64,000 nucleotides of DNA from Adineta vaga (taxonomy: Eukaryota; Animalia; Rotifera), in assembly GCA_021613535.1 (NCBI GenBank), contig CP075493.1, positions 7,316,001-7,380,000 on the forward strand. The letters run 5' to 3'. The position numbers were made by a program, and so were the translations under genes. Below, piece by piece: positions 25,646 through 36,600 of the stretch. The notes beneath the pieces were generated by a model. It did no database searches. It was not told where the DNA came from and worked only from the letters and a program-made list of their open reading frames with translations. How positions within the stretch are numbered: position 1 is the stretch's first letter; every line of letters begins with the position of its first letter.

Positions 25646-28381
25646 CTAGTTTCCTGTACCAATATAATCGATAACGGCAGATCGTAGAAAATGTAATCGT
25701 TGTTCTTCATCACGTTTTAAACGTGTAACTTCTTGATCACGTTGATTTAATGTTGTTTGTAATTCAGATACTCGACTTTCCAATTCACGAATTGTATGTC
25801 GATCGGTAAAACGTTGATCTAATTAGAAATTTTGAAATTGAACAAGAAGAAGTTTTAATCAATTTACCTTTTAAATCATTTTCTAATTGTTTAATACGAT
25901 CTTTGAATTCATCATTCATACCGATATCTTTTTGAATCGATCGAAGTTTTTTTTCATATTCTGTTTTTGTTTTTTCACGAATTTCAAGAATTTCATTATC
26001 TTTACCAAGTATACTCTATAATATTAGAGATTGAAGATATTTTTTGTTGAAACGAAAGAATTTACCGATTGAATAGAATCGACTTGTCGTTTAAATGTTT
26101 CGATTTCAATCGATTGAAAATGAATCTTTTGTTGTAGTTCTCGATTGGTGATTAATTGTTGATTGTAACGAGACTAAAAACAAAATTTTATCAACTTTAC
26201 ACTCTAATGCACTTCTATTTCGAATTTAGTAGAGCTTCTTAATATGGATATTCATGTTATTAAATCACTCGTTCTTATGCTTAGAATTGATCGATTAAAC
26301 AAAAGATTACTTCAAGTTCTTCTTTTGAACTAGTCAATGTGCGTAATCGATCTTCAATTTCTTGTTGTTTTTTTTCTTCTTCATTTCGAATTCGAACTTT
26401 TTCTTGTTGAAGTGTTTCATCATGTGTTAATTTTTGTGTTGAGATTGTGGATTTTAATGAATTAATTTCCTACCAAAACGAAAATGAATGATAGATTTTA
26501 TGAATTGATTTCGTTTTACTCGTTCTAAAGATGTTCGAATACTGTCTAATTTCGTGATTTGTTCTTTAAATGTTTGTTCACTTGATACATTTGCTTCTTT
26601 AGCACGTTGTAAATCACGACTCGCAATTAATTCATGATCTTTTAATTCTTCTTTATGTTTTGATTTTAAACGTTGAATTTCATCTTCCATTGAAGTTAAT
26701 TTTATTTGATGCGTTCGATCGTTCATTGCTATCTAAATGGAAGTTCTTGTTTTCGATTGCATATTGATAAATAGATCGCTATACCGTTTCTTGAAGTTCA
26801 TGAATTGTCGATTGAAGATTTTCATTTTTTCGTGTAAAATCATGAAGTTTTTCTTGTATATCATTTAATTTCTAAATGAAAGAAGAAGATATTTACCATC
26901 GAAATCTTTCGTTAGAATAAACATTTACATCTTTTTCATTTTTATATTCTCGTTGAATCTTTTGTATAAGTTGTTCTTTATCAATTTCCATACGTTTCAT
27001 ATCATTTTGTGCATCATCATACTGTCGTTTTGCTTCGACTAAATCATTTTCCAAAGAAGTATGTTTCGTTGACAATGCTAGGAATGTTAATTTTCGTTCA
27101 TCTAATGCATCTTGTAATTTTGATAATTTTTCCGTCAATGATCTAAACATCAATGCGTAAGTTCGTATGATATGTTCATCAATTATCCTCTATTTACTTG
27201 TTTGCTTTGACCATAGCTTGTTCTTGTAGTGACATACGTGTTAATGTTGTTGTTATCTGATGATCTTTTTCTTGATGAACATTCTGTAATTGTCGAGAAA
27301 GTATCGCCATATTTTGTGAATGTCCAAAATGCATTTGACGTTGTTCACTATTTTTTGCTATTGCATTTGCTGAATTTTATTTAAAAAAGAAAAGAAATGA
27401 AAGCAAACAAGAAAATGAACATATACATACCGATACTTTGCATAATATCATCAGGAATATTATTTCCAACTAATTGTAAATCATCTAGAGTTGCATTCGT
27501 TTGACATAGAACTAAGAGTGCTCGACCACCGATAAGACCAACATTATTCCAACGTAGATCTATATTATTTGGTATTCAAAGATGCGTTTTGTGAAAGAAT
27601 CAACATACCTAATGCACGTAATGCCGTATTTCGTTTCAAAGCTGTCGCTAATTCGGAAGCACCAACATGATTTATATCATTATTACGTAGATCAAGTTCA
27701 ATTAAGAATTTATTATCGGCAAGTGCATCGCAGAATACACTAAATGCAGGAGAATTCATGGCACCCAATTGATTCCATTCGAGACGTAAACTAAAAGTAG
27801 AATTTTATAAACTAGAGTAATCGTTATTGATATAAACTTACTTTCGAAGTGTTTGATTTCTTCGTAATACTTTTGCTAATGCTTCTGTTCCAGCTCCTTG
27901 AATTCCATTTCCCTATCAATATTGAACAAATCTTGATAAAATGTTTACTTCTGATTATTTACCTTCAATTCTAATGTTTTACACGTAGTATTCGTTACCA
28001 GTCCATGGAGGAGAGCTTGTAAAGCTTTGAAAAAAAAGCAACGAATAGGTGGTTATTATATACACATCCAGCTTCTATCAGATCTATTTACCATCACTCG
28101 AAAGATTACAATCATTGAGATGAATACTTGTAAAAATAAAATCATGTGTAAGAATTTTTCCTAATATAGAACATTGTCCTTCGGGAATATTGAATGATGA
28201 TAAATTTAAACTTTTAGTTTTATTATCTTCACCAGAAACTCTAGAAAAAACAATGTCTTCTCAATTTTGATAGAAATAATTTTCATTTTTAGTACTTTTG
28301 AATTTCGCCAAGAAGTAATTCATTTGGTTCAACATGATATGTTTTACAATATTCGTGATAGAGCTTTTTAAATTGATCCAT
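25646..28381 (-). CDS. LRRC45: Leucine-rich repeat + coiled-coil centrosome linker protein
   Basis: [12 protein letters not shown] start, RI-type LRRs ([45 protein letters not shown]), then a long coiled coil ending [14 protein letters not shown]. Confidence 0.88.
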
Positions 28382-29597
28382 GATTAAATTCTTCTAATCC
28401 TAAGATAGAGTCGAATCCAGATGTATGTTCATTCAGCCATATTTGAATTCTATTCAAATAGGTATCGGTGCAACTGACTATTGAACTTCAATTCAATTGA
28501 TCGATTTTTTATGTGAATATTCAGAGACTAGTTTAAAATGATTGAATCCTTTATTTTTTTTTCTTTATAGAAGTAAAATAATATATAAATAAATATGACG
28601 ATAGGTGTCACTACATGAGATGTGATGTGATAGTTAAGAACGCGTTCAGAAAGAAACAAAATGTTAATGAAAATTTCATTGATATTTTCACAGAAAACTC
28701 AAAAGCCCAATAGGCGATTTAACAAGAGCTTGAATAAATATTTTATTCTCAGATTTTTCTCTTTTCCAAAAGACGTTTCATTATTACAATGCTTGTATTG
28801 AAATAGTTCTGATGTCATGACGTTATTTAAAAAAAATACTATTGCTATTTTCATTATAGTAGCTATGCTTACGTAGGCATTTCTGAAACAGATATACTTC
28901 AACTATAACAAGAAAAAAAATGTGTCATTTCATTCGCTCATATGAAAATAGAGATCAAAACACTAATTTTTATTTTAACGACAAAGTATCCCATTGATGT
29001 TTTTTGGTATTTTATATCGTAGATCTACTGAAAAGATAACAGTATTAACTATTCTCCAATCAACGTATTCCTGGCATTTTGTAAATATTTGAAAATGCTC
29101 ATTTATACACAGAAGTGACTTTAAAACACACTGATGCAATCACAGATTCAACAAAGGCTATAATTTTTCTTCAACTAACGTCATAGCACGTTAGACATAC
29201 ATGCAGGGAAAAGGTTAGATTGATTATTTCTTTTTGAAATCACATGCATTCCTCAACAAGACTAGCGCCAAAAAGTTATCGCATAGCAACTATGGACTCA
29301 TTAGAATGAAGTCAGATAATCCCTATAGCAACCTTGTAAACAAATTCAAGAAAAAATGTGTCATTATAAGGTGTGTTTTGCCCATCTTGCCTCTATCTTT
29401 TTTCTTTCTTCTTTTAAAATTATTCCATGTCTTCAAGCTTCGTAATGCTTATTCATTCATTCTCTTTCTCCGCTCTTTCTTTCATATATAAATAGCGAGT
29501 AGCAGCATACAAATAAGTAAAGAAAATAACAAGGAAAAAGAAGGAAAGAAACAATCAAAAATCGAGAACTTTTAACGTACGACAAGGTCAATTTCAA

Positions 29598-30342
29598 ATG
29601 CCAGTAAGAAGATATGCTGTGTTACAAAAGTTTTTCATCTCCTTATTTTTGTTCTAGCCAAAATCGAATAAATTAACCAATCATCAAATGAAAGGTAAGT
29701 TATTTCAAATTAAAATTTTATCAATCTATTCTTTTCTTGAATATTAGAATTACGTGATGCATTTGATATGTTCGATCGGGATCATAGTGGATCAATATCT
29801 TCATCCGAATTGAAACAATTATTACAAGCATTGAATTTTAAAACAAACGAAAGTCTTATACGAAAAGTAATGAAAGAAATGGATGCCGATGGTATGTAAA
29901 TATTCCATCTACAGACATGAACAAAAATTCGTTCATTCGTTATTTTCTAGGTAATGGTACTAGTAAGTGTTTGATTGTTCTTCTGAAAATATAAATGTTC
30001 TTTTTCTTATGTTTGTTTCTGTAGTTGAATTTAATGAATTTGTGAAAGTAATGAGTAGTGTCTATACACGAAAACTTAATGATGATGAAATGCGTCGAGC
30101 ATTCAAATGTTTTGATAAAGACGATTCTGGTAGATTGAATTTTGAAATGAAAATATATTCACACTTGGTTTTTGTATTACTTCAAAGGTTTTATTACTCG
30201 AGAAGAACTACGTAATGTTCTTAAACAATTGAATCAAACCATTAGTGAAAAACGGATTACAGAAGTTTTCAAAACAGTGGATGATGATGGAGATGGAAAA
30301 ATTAGTTATGAAGAATTCGCAGCTATGTTACAAGATTCATAA
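29598..30342 (+). CDS. Calmodulin-like four-EF-hand protein
   Basis: Spliced translation gives EF loops DRDHSGSISSSE, DADGNGTIEFNE, DKDDSGFITREE and DDDGDGKISYEE. Too divergent to be true calmodulin. Confidence 0.92.
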
Positions 30343-31695
30343 CAAAGGTTTTGTCAATAAACTATATATATACATTTTTGTAGTTATATCCGTTCTTTTT
30401 TTTGTGTCAATACTATTGTGTGTTAATATATGAAATTTCTAATAAATATTGAAAATTTTACTGAATGACATAAACGAAAATCGTCGATGTGACAGATGAA
30501 TGAGGAGTAAATACAATAATATTTCTTTTGAAGTTTGTGTAGTATGTGTCATGAATTTGTCCGTATTGAAGAACATTCCATTCGTGACTTGAAAACGAAC
30601 TCGAAGAACAAACATACATGTTAATAAACCATAAAAATAGTACACAAATACTTGTATTTACTTTTACTTTTCTACGAACAATTATTTCGATGAATTTGTA
30701 TGACAGATTAAACTCATGGATACCGACAAATCTTGCGTTCTGTATTAAAATACAATGATCTTCTATATTAATTCTGCACATATCACATGTTTATCTGTAC
30801 GAAAGAACGAAAAAACAATTTCGTAGTGTACAATATTTCTAACAATTGTCGAATGGGTGGGTACTTCCAATGATGAACAAGTTCGTGTAATTATTTTGAA
30901 GGTATACTTGAATTCAACTTTCAAGTATTACACCTATGTAATTCTATTTTTGATTTCTGTCAAAGTTGAGTTATTCCAACAGAGAATATCATACGATTGA
31001 CTTTTCACTATACTGTTATGATTTCATTGGAACTATACTCACTCTCAAAACGTTCTGTCTTGAGTGACTTATAGAATATTTGTAAGTAAAGATTTTCGAT
31101 AGTTTCAAGAACATAGCATTTAAATATACAATCTAATCTGATTTGACAAGATCCTTTCATATGATTTTATCAACAGCACTTCATTTTGTACACATTATTT
31201 GAACAACAAATACATATAAATCCAATAAAGCCGTGTTATCATTACGATCGAATATAGATTTTCAACTAAACTGCTCAAAAGTGAATTATGATCAGTATAT
31301 ATGGGATTCGCTGAGATAAGATGTTATTTTTTTTACACTGAAAGCAAAAAACGAAATCTTTATTATTGCTTACATCTCCCAAAGGATATTATTGTACAGT
31401 TTGTTCATTTCGTCTTTCTTTTCAATCTTATCATTATCGATTTTTGAAAATATCAGCAGCTTTTATCCTGAACATGTGATTGTCCTAATTTCTGTGTTAA
31501 AAATGAACCTAACTTGACGGTCCCGCTCGTGTCGAAGTGATCAATGAGAGAGGTTCGAGTAAACTCAATTCAGCCTCACCAATCTTTTCATTTTCATTCG
31601 GGAATGAAAGAAATTAATCTCACGTTCTTCATTTCATTTTTTGTTTGATTTCGCAATGCAGAGGAGTGATGATTGTTATTTTCATTAAAAGAAAA

Positions 31696-31800
31696 GTGTT
31701 GCTCTGGCAGATCAGTGTTGCCACCGATCCGCACGATTTCGTCATCGCAACATGTATTTAATCCGCAAGGATATTTACCTCTTGGTAAGTTGTAATAAGC
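31696..31800 (-). ncRNA. Spliced leader (SL) RNA gene, copy A
   Basis: The minus strand reads GCTTATTACAACTTACCAAGAG|GTAAAT, matching the recalled bdelloid SL exon (GGCUUAUUACAACUUACCAAGAG) followed by a splice donor. Identity to copy B covers 105 nt up to a T-run, matching the recalled SL RNA length of 105-106 nt. Confidence 0.92.
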
Positions 31801-31816
31801 AATCTGTTTTCACGAC

Positions 31817-31918
31817 GTGTGGAGCAAAACGTTTTCGTTGTCTCTACATTTATTGTTTTGGAAGAAGCAAACGAAAGAGTGCAAAGTGTAGAGACAGCAT
31901 AGATGTCGTGCTCCACAC
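31817..31918. promoter_or_regulatory. Back-to-back bipartite snRNA-type promoters of the two SL RNA genes
   Basis: TGTAGAGACA at -48..-39 and TGCTCCACAC at -26..-17 are identical and identically spaced upstream of both copies (31887-31896 and 31909-31918 on +; 31839-31848 and 31817-31826 on -). The sequence between them has diverged. Confidence 0.75.
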
Positions 31919-31934
31919 ATCTCTCAGACAAATT

Positions 31935-32039
31935 GCTTATTACAACTTACCAAGAGGTAAATATCCTTGTGGATTAAATACATGTTGCGATGACGAAATC
32001 GTGCGGATTGGTGGCATCACTGATCTGCCAGAGCAACAC
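31935..32039 (+). ncRNA. Spliced leader (SL) RNA gene, copy B
   Basis: SL exon 31935-31956 GCTTATTACAACTTACCAAGAG, donor GT at 31957. Three differences from copy A, two in loops and one C-G to U-G. Confidence 0.92.
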
Positions 32040-32649
32040 TTTCATTTAAAATAAAATTGACATCTATTCAAATGGAATGTTACTGAGTAATAACCTGGTT
32101 GGTACCTATCGGCTAAAGAACAATGTGTTTGAATGTAGATGATTGATGTAGGTAATATCTGTTAGAAGTATAATGACTATCAAAATTCATTAAACACGCC
32201 TATACGAGATTTTGTGATAAAGGCCATAGATAAGATGTCGCTTTAATCTTGAGGGTGTGGAAGATTACAGACATTGGTTGCGAGACGGCTCAGTCGAAGT
32301 CAGTAACTTGAATATATTTTCTGAATAAATTGATCAAATATATAATCAATAATAAATATCTCTCTTTATGTGGAAAACTGACATCAAATGTTTCTTCGAA
32401 AGTAAAGAGAAAACGTTTGTTGTTAACATCTAAAACTTCACGTGATAAGTTTTGAATAAATGAAAAAACGAATAACTCGATAAAAGTAAACTTTCTGTTT
32501 GTCATAAAATTTGTTTTCAAAATAAAAAATTCATTTGGAATTAAATTTTATCAGATAAGTTCTCTTCTGAAAAACAGTTCTATAGTAAAAAGTAACAAAT
32601 CTTAATCGTATATTTTCTACTACTACTACCTCCATTAATACACCACAAT

Positions 32650-32963
32650 ATGAAGTATTAATCAAACTCGTGAAATGCTTATTATCTTTATCTCATGACA
32701 ACAGTGAGTTCGAAAGAGAACTTGATGCTGTATATGAACGATTAGAAGAAAAAGAAACTCAATCGATAAACAAACAAACAAAAGAATTGACTAGAGCAAC
32801 TAAAATGTTCGACGAGGAAACCACAAAATTTGCCACAGCTACGAAAAATAGAACATTTGATGGTATCAGTACAGTCGAAGTACTGATGAGAGATGATAAT
32901 GCTAAATTTGTTGGTTTCAAAACTGAATTAATTAAGAAAAGAACAGGAAAAATAAGTGATTGA
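32650..32963 (+). CDS. Small hydrophilic orphan protein (~87 aa, 2 exons)
   Basis: ATG AA|gtatta...caacag|T: a 50-nt intron (32655-32704) joins in frame to ORF 32670..32963, giving MNEFERELDAVYERLEEKETQ...KISD*. Confidence 0.5.
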
Positions 32964-33674
32964 AATAGATGTTTTGAACGTTATCTCTCATTTTTCTGTA
33001 AATACTCTAAACATATTTTTTGTATAAATTTTAAGAATGGAAGGAGTGAAATAACAGACAAATTTGTAGCTATCGAAACTTACTTCCTATGGAAATAGAT
33101 CGTAAAATACTAGGAGAAAATCAGGAAACCAAGCATGCTAACAAGCCTGCTGATAGTATAAATGAAAATAATTTGACGATCTCATGAATAACAAAATATC
33201 CAATGTGAGATAGAAATGAGCTCTAGAGTCGGATAAGAACTCAAGATAATGTATTCTCTTCTCTTCTCTTTGTGTGCTGTCCGCCTCATCTTCTCATAGA
33301 TGAATGCAAAACAAAAATTACTTTTACCGTCTTATATGATTAGACTACCATATATAAACGTACTTTTACTTGTCATTCAGTCAATATTCATCTGAGAATA
33401 GTGAACTGTTCCACACTATTTTAAAATGATATATATTTTTTTGAGTTTCTTCTTCTCTATGCATTTATATGATGAAGGATTGTTTTGCCGGAACACAAAT
33501 GACTAATTCACCATATACATGTCTAATACAGACGTCTATTGTTTACCTCACTATGGTGAGGGATACAGCCCGGTTAGTGTTTTTAAAACAGTGAGCAGAG
33601 TTTCTCTGTACGCGTACGATTTATTTATCTGTTAGTTTTCTTTTTATTACAAGATAAATAAAATAACACACGAG

Positions 33675-36600
33675 TCATAATTTCTTTTTCATGTCTGCGA
33701 GGTTTTTTCTATACATTCGAAGATCAGGATGTCCTGAAGGCAATGATTGTTGTGCAATTTGTACAGCACGCTCATAAAATGAACCGGCTTTTGAATAGTT
33801 CTTCATGTCTTCATACACCACACCGATGTTGTTGCAAGATGCAGCCAAATCAGGATGATTTGGTGGTAGTGAGTTTTGTCGAATTGCAAGGGCTTTTTCG
33901 TGAAATGAAAGTGCTTTTGTATAGTTAACCATGTTGTAATGCACCAGAGCAATGTTGTTGTAAGATGCAGCCAAACTCGGATGATTTGGAGGAAGTGATT
34001 GTTGATCAATTGCAAGAGATTTCTCATAATATGAAAGTGCTTTTGAATAGTCACCCTTGTTGTCATACACCAAACCGATATTGTTGAAAGATGAAGCCAA
34101 ATCAGGATGATTTGGAAGAAGTGATTGTTGTCGAATTGCAAGGGCTTTTTCATGAGATGAAAGTGCTTTTGAATAGTCACCCATTTCGTCATACATCAAA
34201 CCGATATTGTTGTAAGATAAAGCCAAATCAGGATGATTTGGAAGAAGTGATTGTTGTCGAATTGCAAGGGCTTTCTCATGAGATGAAAGTGCTCTTGGAT
34301 AGTCACCCATCTTGGAATACACCAAACCAATGTTGTTGTAAGATGAAGCCAAATCCGGATGATTTGGAGAAAGTGTTTGTTGTTTGATTGCAAGAGCTTT
34401 TTCTTGAGATGAAAGTGCTTTTGGATAGTCACCCATGCTGGAATACACTGCACCGATGTTGTTGTAAGATGCAGCCAAATCAGGATCTTTAGGAGAAAGA
34501 ATTTTTTCCTCGATGGCAAGTGTTTTTTCATAGAATCTAACTGCCTCTTCATATTCTCCTCGATTGTATTTGATGGAACCAAGTTGACTATAAATTGGTG
34601 CCTTTTCACTCTCCTTCGTTGTTTGATCAAGCAGCATTTCATAAATCTCTTCAGCCTTCTCATTTTGACCCAATTTCTTTAGCACTAAACCCAATCTGTA
34701 CCATCCTCTCGAGTCTGGAAAACTCTCTTCTCGTATGCGCTCAGTTAGTGCATGTAGTTCCTTGTCATTATCACTGGTCAATGTCAAACTAACTTCGAAG
34801 AGTTTGTTATTTCCATCCATTTGTTTGAAATTCTGAGTTCGAAACACGCTGTGCATTGAAAATAGCACTTCATCTTCATCCTCAATGGCACTATGATCAC
34901 GAATTGATGCAAATGATGTTGTTGATTGTTTTGGATCAATTTTTATTACAAACAAAATTGCCACCAAATCTGGATTACTTAGATTTTCTTTTGCAAACCT
35001 GAGTGAAACATTTTTCTCCTTGCTAGTGGATAAGAAATTGTTAAAGGACATGAGTCCACCTTTAGTTTTCTTTAATTGTTCGAAATCTGCGATGGATACG
35101 CCTTGTCCACGATAAACTGTGAAAATTTTATCCATGTGTTGTTCTTCATGCACGGATTTGATGTGTCGATGTAGATCGTTGATAAAGAAGCCCATCCGTG
35201 TCATGATGTCACCATCCATCGTTCTGATTCCACGATTGAGCATGCGATAAAAGAAGCATTCATAGGTGTACCACCAGATAGGTTTTTCCTGATGATATTT
35301 GCGTTCCAATAGTTTCACTTTCTCTAATTCTTCGTCGTTATCGATGAAAAGTTCACGACAGTAATGAACGTAATCCTGAATATGTGCATCGTCGAATTCG
35401 ATGGTCAATAAGATCTCCTTGAGGATCTGGGTGTACATGAAAGAAGGATCTAATTGATCCAACTTTTTGTCAGATGCCACGAAACTGATGGAAGCGGCAT
35501 TTTGTTCACATTGTGCTACAGGGTATAGCAAAATTATAGACCCCTCATACACATGCATACGAAAATCGTTATTTTATTTCAGCAATAAGAGATGGCGGTC
35601 AACCAATGGCATAGGAGTGCGTGGGTACACATGTACTATCTACCAATCTAACATCGTATTTCCGTTCGCTGATAGTGGAAGAAAAAAATACAAATCAGTG
35701 AAAACTTGCTGTACCATAATTATAGGCCCCCTATACGAAAAATACATTTCTCGATTTTCTAGAGTTGATCATCAGGCGATTTCTGAAAATTTGTTCGATA
35801 ACAAATAACGTTCTATCTATTTCTCTCACTTTGAGATATGGTTGGTCAAAGTTATGGCGCAGATTCTCGTTATTATGAGTTTTACTGGTGGCTTATAACT
35901 AACTACGTGATCTTGATCAGAATATCATTTTTTCGTAATTTTGATTTGTTCAGAACTAGTCCGATAGATGTGTTTACTCTAGATAGCATCGCCCTGATTG
36001 AAACTATGTTGATTAAAGATCAATTTGATAGAGTTTGAGAAGATAGCTATCGTGGTACCCCATAGCTATGTAGACTGTTCCTTAAAAAGTCGCAGAATTT
36101 CATGACTAGTTGAACCGATGACTCCAGTCTAATGGTATAGTTAGAGAGAGCATATCAAGTTGTACAAGAATATCAACAAATATAATACAGGAAAGCAGTC
36201 CTCAGAATAAAGATTGATGACGTCGAAGATTAACTAGTTTCACCCGATATATGCATATGGAGGCAACAGAAAATTTGTTTATATAATTTTGATACACTGA
36301 TTCCGGCGGACTCTATACACTTTTTCAGACACCTCTTTGATTATGAATCTCAGTAAAGTAGGAAAAATCCAGTTTCCTTCTTCATGAGTTACTATAACAC
36401 AATCAGACGACAGTAGTTAATTTTGCATAAGTTTAGTAATTAGCCAATCTTCGACGTCATCAATCTTTATTCTGAGGACTGCTTTCCTGTATTATATTTG
36501 TTGATATTCTTGTACAACTTGATACGCTCTCTCTAACTATACCATTAGATTGAATTGGTTGCTTCAACTAGTCATAAAATTCTGCGACTTTCTAACGAAC

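Noticed and set aside
31540-31575. GGTTCGAG B-box / tRNA-like sequence
   Set aside because: No A-box or cloverleaf could be built.
31987-31998. Hammerhead ribozyme core (GATGA...GAAA)
   Set aside because: Reads CGATGA rather than CTGANGA, has no stem II, and lies inside the SL RNA.
31685-32049. MITE with TTAA target-site duplication
   Set aside because: TTAA occurs near both ends, but the arms are SL exon + donor + structured RNA with promoter-like motifs in the spacer. An SL gene pair explains every detail better.
31752-32054. 100-aa ORF across the palindrome
   Set aside because: Chance ORF in locally GC-richer ncRNA sequence.
33743-34792. Repetitive alternative-frame and antisense ORFs; CRISPR-like periodicity
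   Set aside because: These are shadows of the 126-bp TPR coding repeat. There are no unique spacers and the context is eukaryotic.
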